From a virus (Duplodnaviria > Caudoviricetes): 26,466 nucleotides of DNA. Made by a program: the position numbers and the translations under genes. Each line of letters starts with the position of its first letter. Within the stretch, counting starts at the first letter, position 1. Of the stretch, positions 16,529 through 25,859 are shown piece by piece. The notes below the pieces were generated by a model. It was not told the origin of the DNA, searched no databases, and saw only the letters and a program-made list of their open reading frames with translations. Location of the stretch: the IMG/VR virus record IMGVR_UViG_3300032272_000061, positions 1 to 26,466 of that record; one strand, given 5' to 3'.

Positions 16529-17589
16529 CAGACAACTCGCTTATGGGCGAACCCTGCATAACCAGAGCCGATTGTGCTTGAGACGTGGAGAAGGTTCTCT
16601 TCGCCAAGTCTCAGCATTGGCCAGACATTCCAGTTCTCAGCTGAATACGTGACTGTGTCACCAGCGGCATAAGTTCGGAGATTGCAAGAACGAATGTTCG
16701 GAAAGTCACCAAGGTACATAATCAGACCGGTTGATGTTCCGTTTTGGGCAAGCCAGAAGCCCAAGGGAGACATCGTAATCGCTCCAGAATAGGGCTGTGC
16801 TTGAAAGAAACAGGCACCGGTCGCCGGACCCCATGAGAGACCACCTGTTCGACTTCCTGTAGAGTTAATTGCACTGACTGCAGAATTATGGTGAGATAGA
16901 GTGTCCATGGCATCATGAGGATCAAGAACTGTGTCAGCCGCTGGCCATCCAACGGGAACAGGATTGATAGTTCCATCGATCATAAAGCAGGTTGAATTAG
17001 TGTAATTGAGATCAGACCAGTTGTAGCGAAGTGCGCCTGTGAAGCCTTGCTCAGTCGAACCGTAGAGACCGCCATTCCAGTCTCGTGCATTATTGCCATC
17101 TGCTGAATTCGTGTTAGCGTACCCACGCTTCGCATGGCATGTAGCATAGACAAGGGCTGTATGAGCCATGCCTTTCTTATCGAGTTCACCGAAGCCGAAG
17201 TGCATGTAGCAATCGCCGTTTACTCCGTTGGAGAAATTGACCACGACGTGGATATAATCACACAGTGTGGGATCGGAGTAGATAGTCCAAGCTGTGAAAG
17301 TATATTCCATGTTCGGGCAGTGAGCAGCAGTACCGAGAGCCGCATTGGTTGTCGCAGTAGCTAACGAAGTTCCGACACCGATGCGTACATAGCGAGCAGT
17401 CTTGCTTGCGCCACCTAAGAGGGTGAAGTCAGCTTCCGACTGCGTGAAGGTAGTCCAGTCGATACCACGGACATTACCCTTGCTGATCGGCCATGTTCCA
17501 CCAGAAGTTGTCCAGCCATCCGTGATTGCATGGGTTAAGATTGCACCCATCAATGCAACGTAATCGCCGGATCCAGTTGTAATAGTCAT
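16528..17589 (-). CDS. Virion structural protein (tail)
   Basis: Start moved to ATG 17589 (SD GAGGA; MTITTGSG); YIHVVV...HFGFGELDKKG...YLGDFPNIR...GYAGFAHKRV; position after tape measure. Confidence 0.75.
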   Translation of the reverse strand: MTITTGSGDYVALMGAILTHAITDGWTTSGGTWPISKGNVRGIDWTTFTQSEADFTLLGGASKTARYVRIGVGTSLATATTNAALGTAAHCPNMEYTFTAWTIYSDPTLCDYIHVVVNFSNGVNGDCYMHFGFGELDKKGMAHTALVYATCHAKRGYANTNSADGNNARDWNGGLYGSTEQGFTGALRYNWSDLNYTNSTCFMIDGTINPVPVGWPAADTVLDPHDAMDTLSHHNSAVSAINSTGSRTGGLSWGPATGACFFQAQPYSGAITMSPLGFWLAQNGTSTGLIMYLGDFPNIRSCNLRTYAAGDTVTYSAENWNVWPMLRLGEENLLHVSSTIGSGYAGFAHKRVV

Positions 17590-17590
17590 A

Positions 17591-19078
17591 TCAATCCTCT
17601 CGAATGGCGAACCAGTTGCTATCAGCACGGCGGTTCCTGTTGGGGAAGATCCTATAGTTTTGAAGGCCGATAGTAATGACTTGTGTTGGTGTCAAGCTAC
17701 CAGCCCCCGGAACAGAAAACAACCCATCCAATACTCCGATGTTTCCATAGGTCACGTGTTGAATAGTCGCGGGAATAAAAGGAACTTCACCTTGAACGGT
17801 GGCTGTGACAAAGTTCCAGCCATTCGGAGGAACATTGTCCGCCCAATCACCGCCCCATTGGTTCGGCCAGTTCGCTCTTTGTGTGTTCCCGTTGTGCTTG
17901 GGCCAGATCCATGATGTTGTTGGATATTGTGCTTCTTGGTTGGAGGTAGCAGTAGAGATCCTGTTGTTGGGATATATCAGGGTGGTATCCCAAAGACGAA
18001 CCACTGCGGCGCTGAGACCAATTTCGTCAGGAACTGAGTACCGTGCATTGAAGTCTGAGATGCTTGGAGAGTCGCCTTCATTTGCAGTCGAGAAGATAGA
18101 CAGTGGGAACGGGTAATCATCCGGAACAGCGAACGCTGAATGAAAACCAATATAGGTGCAGGCGTAATCCTGAGAACCAGTTCGCGTTACGAGGATCAAG
18201 CGTTTGGAGTTGCTGTAGAACCAATAATCAATAGAACCAGAACCCATTAGATGAGCACGTTTCAGGCTGGATGTCCCAATCTGTTGGTTCCACAATGGTT
18301 TTAGAACATCGTGCTCAACTGCAAAATCCCATTCAATCCAGGAGATAGAACTAGCGGTACGGCTGTGACCACGAGCGTGAAGATAGACGCGACGAGTGGC
18401 ATCGTAGCCATCACCCTGCCAGACCCAATGATCCTCACTCATGTGTCGTTTCCAACTTGTAGTGTAGTTGGTGTTCAGGGGGAAATCTTCTGCTCGGCCC
18501 GTTCGCCGAGGTTCAGTGCCAGATTGATGTTCACTGTAAAGTGTTCCATCACCGAAGGAGAAAGTCTTGGTCTCAGCTGGAGCCCACGACTGAGCATTCC
18601 ACTCAGCCATAGTTGTCCACGTCACAGCATCGTTGGACCATTGAATTTGAAAATCACGAGGAGCCTCGTTGTCATCAATTGCTGTATAGTCAAATTCACG
18701 AATGGTGATAGCTGAGCCGTGATCATACATGATCCACCAAGGAGCATCATCAATATCACCAGAACGAATAGCTGCACCACCAGTGTCCAGACTGGAGAGT
18801 GTTCCAGAAGCTACTGACGAACAAGTGTAAGTCCCTGTCGTGGAGACAACTGCACCACCGAGTACAGTCTTCAAAGCGAACATATCGCATTCTCGGAAGT
18901 CTTCGCTCGTGGACTCAATTTCGTAGACCAGTATGCGCCAGTATCGCGCCGCCTTCGGTGAGACACAGGCCATGTCAGTTTCACCACGAAGCTTTGTCCA
19001 GCTGTTTGCGACCAGATGCGTATTCATCGCATCCAGTAGCTTTGTCACTGTTTGTGCGGTTCCAGAAGTAAAGGGCAT
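17591..19078 (-). CDS. Virion structural protein (tail) with inserted discoidin-like domain
   Basis: MPFTSGTA..LL....HLVANSW N-terminus, YWFYSNSKRLILV, YIGF, YPFPL, GVLDGLFSV; insert ARYWRI...APRDFQIQWSNDAVTWT at about 18555-18955. Confidence 0.78.
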   Translation of the reverse strand: MPFTSGTAQTVTKLLDAMNTHLVANSWTKLRGETDMACVSPKAARYWRILVYEIESTSEDFRECDMFALKTVLGGAVVSTTGTYTCSSVASGTLSSLDTGGAAIRSGDIDDAPWWIMYDHGSAITIREFDYTAIDDNEAPRDFQIQWSNDAVTWTTMAEWNAQSWAPAETKTFSFGDGTLYSEHQSGTEPRRTGRAEDFPLNTNYTTSWKRHMSEDHWVWQGDGYDATRRVYLHARGHSRTASSISWIEWDFAVEHDVLKPLWNQQIGTSSLKRAHLMGSGSIDYWFYSNSKRLILVTRTGSQDYACTYIGFHSAFAVPDDYPFPLSIFSTANEGDSPSISDFNARYSVPDEIGLSAAVVRLWDTTLIYPNNRISTATSNQEAQYPTTSWIWPKHNGNTQRANWPNQWGGDWADNVPPNGWNFVTATVQGEVPFIPATIQHVTYGNIGVLDGLFSVPGAGSLTPTQVITIGLQNYRIFPNRNRRADSNWFAIRED

Positions 19079-22000
19079 TATCCACCTACCAGTTGGCGAA
19101 CGGTTGAAGCATTGCGTGACAGAATGTTAATCACGACTGTTTCACCATCTGCGTTATCAAAGGCGTTGGTAATATCGCTAGGCGAGAGCACCGCTGCCAC
19201 GTTTACAGGAGGAGACTGAACGACAGTCTGACCGCCGCCTCCTCCATTCATGTTGTTTCTTTGGGCTGCTTGTTGCCCAGGAGTGAGGATATCCACACGC
19301 TCGTCTGGACGTTTTGCGAAGTTGACGATTTGACTGTCTGTTGATCCTGGACCAGTAGGATTGATGGATCCACCACCTGCGAAGCCGAGACCCGCGCTTG
19401 GGCCAATGCTACCGCCTCCTGCGAACCCGCCGAACAAGCCACCGAGAGCCTTGAGGATAAGTTGCTTGGCGATCAACTTGGTGATCTGTGCAAACAGGTC
19501 GAAGAAGAAATCCCTGATGTTGAGTTTACCAGTCTTGGCGAACTCTACAATTGCGTCGGCAGCACTATCGGCCGCGCCGACCACAATGTCGCCGAGGGCT
19601 GATCCTAATTCCTGAGCACTGAGGATAGAACTGTTAATCGCTGCGCGGAACCCGCCGAACATGGTGCCAGATGCTTCGTCTGCGGCAACCTGCATCTCAC
19701 GGATCGCCGTGGTATAGTCCTCGATACCGATGCGACCTTGGTCAAACAGTGCGTTCAATGCCTCCTGCTGCTCCATGATCTCTTCACGAGGACCAATGAT
19801 GCTTTGCAAGACATCGTTCTGTATTTCTGCTGCACGAACTGATTCGAGTGTAGCCGCTGCCAGTGAACGCTCGCTATCAGTCAGGCTGCGCTTGAGTTCT
19901 CTCTCAATCTCAAGGATACCCTCTTGGATACGACGCTCTTTATTGGAGAGGCGTAGCAGTTCAATCTCTTGGTTCATGCCAGAGATGATACTAGCGAAGT
20001 CAGGTGATTGTGTTCCACGTCCACCTCCTGATCCGCTACCTGCGTCACCTGCTCCAGGAGCCGTCCGCTCAGGAACGTTAGTGATTGTGCTTTCTGCATC
20101 AAGTGCAGCTTGCGCGGCTGCATCAATATTGGCTCTGGCACGATCAGTGATAGCTTGGCCGATCGGTTCTAGAGCAGAACCAATTGCACCGACTGTATTC
20201 TCGAGGTTGGTCGCCTCAAAGGTGCTGGAGAAAGCATCACCGAATGCGTCGGCTGCGGCTGCTCCTGCTCCTGTATATTCACTTTCAAAACGACCGAGAG
20301 CGACTTCGCCTAGCGCGCCAATCTGACCTGAGAACCCAAAGAGTTCTGCCGCCTTATCACCCCCTACGAAGCTGACAAGAGCATTGATACCTGCGATCAC
20401 AAGGTTGATGGCTCGGATGGCCCCGTTGGCGAATGCCTCAAAGCCAGCGATCAGGGCGTTGGCCAGAGCAGTCGCTGCCGCCGCTGCCGCTTGAGGCAGA
20501 GTTGGGAACACCGCTACAATACCAGCGATAGCTGAGATAGCAACCCTCGGGAAGAAAGTAAATGTATCAAACACCACATTGGCTACGAACTTCATCACTT
20601 CGCCAACTACGTCACTGAATTGACCGAAGAAGCCAATGACAGATGTGATTGCTCCGCCAATCTGTTCTCTCAGGAAGGTTGCAACTGGAGCAATTGCTTC
20701 CATCATCAACTGGAACGCTGCGACTACGAAGTCCCTGAGACCCACCACTCCATCGGAAGTGACCTTGATCTCGTTGCCCCACAGTGCGAATGCGGTCACG
20801 ACTGCACCGACCGCGATGGCGATGAGGCCAAGCGGACCGATAAATGCGGCCAAACTGCCGAGAGAAGCACCGACACGACCGATTGCACCAGCCAGCGTTG
20901 GAAATAGCGCGGTAAGCCGTGCCGCTGTTGCCCCTTGTGCCGCCTGTGCGGCTGTTAGGCGGGCGTTAGCTGCTGCTGCGGTAGTGGTGGCAACCGTTTG
21001 CTGGCCACGCGCCACAGCAAGGCTTCTGCTAAGTCCTAGTTCAGCCCCTTCCACAATAGAAAGCTGCTGCGTGACCCTAGCGAGGTTCGCTTTCGCTGCG
21101 GCAAGGCCAACGAACTGACCAGTTGCGATATTTCTGGCGCGACCATTAGCCACAGTGAACTGAGTATCAAGTACAGTCTGTTGAAGGCCAGCTTTTTGAA
21201 CAGCTATCAGCCCAAGGCGCTGAGTGAGTTCTACCTGTCTTTGGGCATTTGCCGCGACTGCGATTGCGTTGTTTCGTACAGAGGTTGTTGCTCTGATATT
21301 CTCAATTTCCAACAGGCGAGTTGACGCCAGTGCTGCTCCTCGCAAGCCTGCGATATAAGTGCCGATAGCTGTGATTGTCTTACCGACGAAGGTTGCGGCC
21401 AATGCAAGGGCGAGTGACCCAAGGACACCGAGGATCAGGCCAATGTTTTCTGACAGGACGATGATAGCCTGAGCCAGCTTGGCTGAGCCGTTGGTTGCAT
21501 CATCGAGACTATCCAAGAACTGGAGCCAGTTGGTATTCGCAACGGACAACGCTTGGCTGATAGTCGGGATGGTGTTGGCAAACAGTTGATCGATTTCGCT
21601 TTCTGCTTCGCGGAAGGCTTGCAGGATTGTTTCAGCTGAGATCTGACCGTCAGCACCAAGTTCTCGCAACTCACCACGAGTAACGCCAAGACTATCAGCG
21701 ATGACGTCTGCTACGAATGGCAGTTGTTCCAGAACGGACCGAAGTTCGTCGCCTCTGAGTGTGTTGGACGCCATACCCTGTCCAAGCTGGATGAGGGCAG
21801 CGTGTGCTTCTCGGGAGGACGCACCAGAGATGATGGTCGCTTTGGAAAGACTTTCAGTGAACCGAAGCGTTTCTTCCTGAGAGATACCAAGTTCTCGCAC
21901 AGAGAGCGCAGTCCGGCTATAGATGTCAGCGACAGCTTCAAAGCCTGTACGACTATCCCGTGCTACTTGGAACAAACGAGTTTGAACTTCCTCCAGATTG

Positions 22001-22230
22001 GCTGCGCTTGATGCGGTCAGTCGAAGTCTGTTCTCATAGTTTGTAAGTGTATCAAGTTGACGAACCAGCCCACGCAAGATACCTGCTCCACCCAAGACGA
22101 ATAGAGCACGTTGCATCAGGAAGATGCCACGAGTTGCAGAGTTAGCTGCTACGCCGATCTCGTCGATCTTGCGCTTGATTACTCTTGCGCCAGTTTCCCG
22201 AAATCTAATGTCGACATTCTCAGTAACCAT
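19078..22230 (-). CDS. Tape measure protein
   Basis: 1050 aa, Ala/Gly-rich helical; N-terminal tape-measure domain (QLGQGMASNTLRGDELRSVLEQLP), hydrophobic segments, C-terminal FAGGG motifs. Confidence 0.95.
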   Translation of the reverse strand: MVTENVDIRFRETGARVIKRKIDEIGVAANSATRGIFLMQRALFVLGGAGILRGLVRQLDTLTNYENRLRLTASSAANLEEVQTRLFQVARDSRTGFEAVADIYSRTALSVRELGISQEETLRFTESLSKATIISGASSREAHAALIQLGQGMASNTLRGDELRSVLEQLPFVADVIADSLGVTRGELRELGADGQISAETILQAFREAESEIDQLFANTIPTISQALSVANTNWLQFLDSLDDATNGSAKLAQAIIVLSENIGLILGVLGSLALALAATFVGKTITAIGTYIAGLRGAALASTRLLEIENIRATTSVRNNAIAVAANAQRQVELTQRLGLIAVQKAGLQQTVLDTQFTVANGRARNIATGQFVGLAAAKANLARVTQQLSIVEGAELGLSRSLAVARGQQTVATTTAAAANARLTAAQAAQGATAARLTALFPTLAGAIGRVGASLGSLAAFIGPLGLIAIAVGAVVTAFALWGNEIKVTSDGVVGLRDFVVAAFQLMMEAIAPVATFLREQIGGAITSVIGFFGQFSDVVGEVMKFVANVVFDTFTFFPRVAISAIAGIVAVFPTLPQAAAAAATALANALIAGFEAFANGAIRAINLVIAGINALVSFVGGDKAAELFGFSGQIGALGEVALGRFESEYTGAGAAAADAFGDAFSSTFEATNLENTVGAIGSALEPIGQAITDRARANIDAAAQAALDAESTITNVPERTAPGAGDAGSGSGGGRGTQSPDFASIISGMNQEIELLRLSNKERRIQEGILEIERELKRSLTDSERSLAAATLESVRAAEIQNDVLQSIIGPREEIMEQQEALNALFDQGRIGIEDYTTAIREMQVAADEASGTMFGGFRAAINSSILSAQELGSALGDIVVGAADSAADAIVEFAKTGKLNIRDFFFDLFAQITKLIAKQLILKALGGLFGGFAGGGSIGPSAGLGFAGGGSINPTGPGSTDSQIVNFAKRPDERVDILTPGQQAAQRNNMNGGGGGQTVVQSPPVNVAAVLSPSDITNAFDNADGETVVINILSRNASTVRQLVGG

Positions 22231-22682
22231 TAGCGACTAAACACCCTAAATCCAAGGAGTTCCGCTTTTGCTTCAAGCAGAGCAGTTTCAACGAAACCTG
22301 CTGGAGCCTGACCGGAATAACCTGCGTTGAGCCGCCCAATGTAAGGGACAGCATTGGTGATATAGATTGCAGTGCCAAGACCAGTAGATGAGCCACGTAC
22401 CGAGTTGATGCGAGCACGACCGATGTTGATCGCGGCAGAGGCGTTTGCAGTCTCACCGATGCCGAGTTTCTTTCCTGGAGAATATGCTTCAATCACGGAC
22501 CGAGTTGGTGCGCCGATACCGACACGCCAGTTGGACCGAGCGACACCTTTGTCAACAGGTGTGTTCCGGACAAGACTCTTCAAGGCGCGTACAGAGACCG
22601 CCTTTACAACGCGGGTCGCGGAGTTCTCGATCTGAGAACCCCGCTTCCTGATGTTTCTAGAGAATTGCGCCAGAGTAGCCAT
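22230..22682 (-). CDS. HK97 gp10-like tail completion protein
   Basis: Basic 150 aa; TPVDKGVARSNW, IYITNAVPYIGRLNAGYSGQAPAGFV. Confidence 0.85.
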   Translation of the reverse strand: MATLAQFSRNIRKRGSQIENSATRVVKAVSVRALKSLVRNTPVDKGVARSNWRVGIGAPTRSVIEAYSPGKKLGIGETANASAAINIGRARINSVRGSSTGLGTAIYITNAVPYIGRLNAGYSGQAPAGFVETALLEAKAELLGFRVFSR

Positions 22683-23008
22683 TCACTTCTTTCCGATCTG
22701 CTTGAGATAGGCTAAATCCATATCCCTTACGTGTGAGTGCATGGCCTCTGTCTGTTCTTCGTCGCAGCCAAGCTTCTCGCAATATTCCTGTACCGTTCCC
22801 CACCATATTGGTCCTGCACTCATACCCATTTGCCGAGAGGCGATTAGGTCCATGAATGCTATGTAGTATAGTTCAAGGCCCGGAAGAAGGCTAGGGGCAT
22901 TGGCTATCTTTTCTGGCAGATCCCATCCAGTCCTAACACACTGCTCGATGATCGCTTGTTCTGATGGTCCCTGTACTAACTGGTAGGACAGGAACTCTAC
23001 GAGTTTTT
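22683..23008 (-). CDS. Tail assembly chaperone -1 frameshift extension (gpGT-like C-terminal part)
   Basis: Open -1 frame after the slippery site: KLVEFLSYQLVQGPSEQAIIEQCVRTGWDLPEKIANAPSLLPGLELYYIAFMDLIASRQMGMSAGPIWW...RDMDLAYLKQIGKK*, stop TGA 22683-22685 abutting the next ATG. Not in ORF track. Confidence 0.85.
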
Positions 23009-23440
23009 TCCCTCGTCCTCCAATTCCCCCTTGCGGAAGTTTGCCAGCGATGCGGCCTGTTCTTGCAAATCGGTGAACAGGCGAGGCAGATTAAGCAGAG
23101 CCTCTTCCACATTGGTTTCGTTGAAAGGCAGGATCTTGCCATCGCGACCTTCGATGCCGACTTTCATGGCGCGTTTGTCACCTTCACCCTGCATGGTTTC
23201 CCACGACAGAATAATGGTCTTGGCGTAGATGTCAGACATCAAGGCTTGCGAACGTTCGTTGCTCAGAGCACCAGACTCAAGAGCGCGACGGACAGGCTTG
23301 AGTTTCTTCTCAGCATAGCGGACATAGGCTTTGTTACCCTGACCAGCAGATGCGAGCAGAACGCGGAAGTCGCCGTAATCAAGCCAGACGCCGGAAGCTT
23401 CCAGTTGCGGGTCAGTTTCGAATGTGTCATACATTCCCAT
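22997..23440 (-). CDS. Tail assembly chaperone (gpG-like)
   Basis: 147 aa directly after tail tube; SD AAGGA; ends EDEGKNS* over GGGAAAAAAC. Confidence 0.88.
   Translation of the reverse strand: MGMYDTFETDPQLEASGVWLDYGDFRVLLASAGQGNKAYVRYAEKKLKPVRRALESGALSNERSQALMSDIYAKTIILSWETMQGEGDKRAMKVGIEGRDGKILPFNETNVEEALLNLPRLFTDLQEQAASLANFRKGELEDEGKNS
23003..23012 (-). promoter_or_regulatory. Programmed -1 ribosomal frameshift site GGGAAAAAAC
   Basis: Two overlapping in-frame X XXY YYZ heptamers (G GGA AAA and A AAA AAC) just before the chaperone stop. Confidence 0.85.
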
Positions 23441-23457
23441 GATATATTTCCTTCTTG

Positions 23458-23510
23458 GGTTATTTCGAGGACGCCCTCATTACAAGGACGCCCTCAGGGG
23501 GAGGTTATTT
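23458..23510 (-). repeat. Direct repeat TGAGGGCGTCCT x2 that also folds as a hairpin, flanked by AAATAACC x2
   Basis: AGGACGCCCTCA at 23468-23479 and 23485-23496; GGTTATTT at 23458-23465 and 23503-23510. Confidence 0.7.
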
Positions 23511-25042
23511 TACGCTGCTGTCGGCAGGTAATTGAAGTAAGTGACCAGCATGGTATGGTTGAGAGCCGCCGCGACGTCCTCGCCAGAGGCCATGTCGGTT
23601 GCGAGTGGCAAGGTGATCGGTTGATCAACCTCAATGCTCAGACGACCATCACCAAGCGAGATGAGTGGGAAGTCAAAGATGAGACCTTGGTTGTCGCGAA
23701 CGAAGCCCATATCCAATGTGATGTCGGTGTTGTTGCGAACCGCAGCAACCGCTGTCACGTTGGAGAAATAGGCAGTGAGGTTGCCCGAGACGGTGAACGT
23801 ACCAGCAGTCACGTCGAATGCGCCAAGAACACCGACCGCCTTGTTTGGCGTGACGTTGTTATTGATGCTGATCGTTGCTTCGGTGACGAAGGCGAACAGT
23901 GCAGTCGGTGCAGCGTCCACTTGCGATACTGCCGACAACCGGATGCGGTTGACGTCCGAGGAAGTATTGTATTCCTTGGCAGTGAACGGAGCGATGACAC
24001 TGGTCTGCTTGGGTCCAGTTGCCCCATCACGCTGAGCGTTGTCCGTGGCCACGAAAGTCAGATCTGCGTTGAGCAGGTCAGCTGACGGAACGTTCAGAGT
24101 GAACTCGTTTGGCACAGCACCGACCAGAACCTCGGATTGGATCTGAGCAGGAGAGGCATCATCAGGAGCGCCCAAGAGACGTTCAACATTGTATGAGCGA
24201 CGCACGATGCTGGAACCGCTTTCGTTGCGAAGTACATCGCCGAAGAAGATCCGGATATCGAGGCCGGTGCCAGTCTCGGTGACCATTGTCGCGTCAGACT
24301 TATCAAACTCAAGGCGAGTGGCAGCAATTGAGCGAACTCGCTTGAAACCATTGTTCGCAGCAGTGACAAACCGATCACTTGCAGTATCACCGCCGACGAA
24401 GACCCATTGACCTTCAACAATTCCAAGAGTAGTAAAGTCCAGAATGGTGGAAGTCAGAGCAGGAAGTGTGCCAGTGTTGTCGACGTCAAGATCTGCGGTG
24501 CCTGCTTCGGTGCCGACGACGCGAATGTTCGCACGAGTAGGAGGAGACGCCTCAACAACAGTGGCGGCGCAGGCGACTGAGGTATCGGCCACGACAGCAG
24601 TCACAACTTGCAGAGCGTTGTTGCCAGCGTTTGTGAAGTCCTGACCCTTGATCAGCGAGCCAACAAGGAAACCAGTTGTCGAGGCCACTTCAAACACTGC
24701 ACCGGTGACACCAGTTGGTTCTTCGTAACCTTTTTCACGAACATCTGCGAACATGACGCCCTGCATGATGTCGGTCAAGCTGGAGAACGTCAAGTTCTGG
24801 TTGATCCCGCCGGATGCGTTCAAATCGGTTGTAACGCCTTTACGACGCTGACGAGAAGGGTTAATCGGGTTCGGAGCCACGGTAACGATTTCGCCGCCGA
24901 AGTCGTTGTAGCTGTTTGGTGCGAGCGAGCGCCAGACGGGAGTGCCTGGATTGCCGTTCTCACCTGGAAGACTACCAAGAACGGCTTCCTCGGCAAACGC
25001 GAGGCCCGTGATATTGGAGTCGATCTTATTGACCTGTGCCAT
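23510..25042 (-). CDS. Major tail tube protein
   Basis: 510 aa; KIDSNITGLAFAEE, PNSYNDFGGEI, NPINPSRQRRKG..TDLNASGG, INNNVTPNKAVGVLGAFD..AGTF.VSG..TAYF; SD AAGGAGG; between terminator and chaperone. Confidence 0.92.
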   Translation of the reverse strand: MAQVNKIDSNITGLAFAEEAVLGSLPGENGNPGTPVWRSLAPNSYNDFGGEIVTVAPNPINPSRQRRKGVTTDLNASGGINQNLTFSSLTDIMQGVMFADVREKGYEEPTGVTGAVFEVASTTGFLVGSLIKGQDFTNAGNNALQVVTAVVADTSVACAATVVEASPPTRANIRVVGTEAGTADLDVDNTGTLPALTSTILDFTTLGIVEGQWVFVGGDTASDRFVTAANNGFKRVRSIAATRLEFDKSDATMVTETGTGLDIRIFFGDVLRNESGSSIVRRSYNVERLLGAPDDASPAQIQSEVLVGAVPNEFTLNVPSADLLNADLTFVATDNAQRDGATGPKQTSVIAPFTAKEYNTSSDVNRIRLSAVSQVDAAPTALFAFVTEATISINNNVTPNKAVGVLGAFDVTAGTFTVSGNLTAYFSNVTAVAAVRNNTDITLDMGFVRDNQGLIFDFPLISLGDGRLSIEVDQPITLPLATDMASGEDVAAALNHTMLVTYFNYLPTAA

Positions 25043-25053
25043 TTAAGGCCTCC

Positions 25054-25470
25054 TTACTTTGTTTCATTGTACTCAAAGTCTATGAGCACGTTGACATGAT
25101 AGAATTGGCTCTCACGACCGATTTCCTGGAGGCGGACATTTCTGAACCACACGCCATTTTCCGATGTCTGACCCTCATATGCGTCGGCCACCACTTTAGC
25201 CAATGCGTAAGACTCTGACAAGCCATTTCCGGTGGGAGTGAATATGGATGCGATGGCTGTTCCGGTTCGCACGAAGTTGCGATTTCCTATTCCACCGAGG
25301 TTATCTTGTTCACCCGTGGCATGGCGAATAACGAACACACCCCACGGGTCATCTGATGTATCACGTTGATCACGTACATTGTCCCAATGCAGACCGTGGC
25401 CTGTTGGTGTCCATGCTGCCAGCATCATTGCGTTGATGTCGTCAACTGCTTGGGCGAAGGTCAGGCTCAT
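25054..25470 (-). CDS. Tail terminator protein
   Basis: 138 aa; LGG.G.R.F.RTG...IFTP.G.G...AYEG....GVWFRNVR..E......NV..DFEY; position before tail tube. Confidence 0.78.
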   Translation of the reverse strand: MSLTFAQAVDDINAMMLAAWTPTGHGLHWDNVRDQRDTSDDPWGVFVIRHATGEQDNLGGIGNRNFVRTGTAIASIFTPTGNGLSESYALAKVVADAYEGQTSENGVWFRNVRLQEIGRESQFYHVNVLIDFEYNETK

Positions 25471-25859
25471 CGACGTATCCCCACAAAACCAAGAAGCTGC
25501 ACTGATCCAGGCTTTAGGATCTGTAAACCAATAATGCCGAATGTTTCGGCTCCATCAATGACATGAGTGTACTCACGGATATCTTCAGTTCCAGGAAAGA
25601 AGATACCAATGTAATCAGAGAACGTAATGAGATCATCGAACTCGGTGCCTTGCCCAAGGGCAGTGAGGCCGAACTGACGGACTGTGTTCGGTGGAACAAA
25701 GACTGACGATGTTTCGAAGGTGATGTCTGAACCTGTCTGCGGTCCCCAAGGCTTTGTCGGGTCTGCTGCAACTTCTGGCTTGCGCACGAACGTAATCGTC
25801 CGACCGTTTGCTGCGATCAGACGTTCTGCGGTAGCTGCAAGTTTGACGTAGTCGACCAT
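25467..25859 (-). CDS. Head closure / head-tail joining protein
   Basis: 130 aa; DY..LAATAERLIAANGR, DPTKPW; between adaptor and terminator with overlapping start/stop codons. Confidence 0.72.
   Translation of the reverse strand: MVDYVKLAATAERLIAANGRTITFVRKPEVAADPTKPWGPQTGSDITFETSSVFVPPNTVRQFGLTALGQGTEFDDLITFSDYIGIFFPGTEDIREYTHVIDGAETFGIIGLQILKPGSVQLLGFVGIRR

Noticed and set aside
19730-21118. Plus-strand ORFs of 198 and 160 aa
   Set aside because: Antisense to the Ala-rich tape measure gene; low-complexity shadow translations.
22964-24085. 373-aa plus-strand ORF
   Set aside because: Antisense shadow of the tail tube and chaperone genes; no recognisable motifs, and all credible genes are on the minus strand.
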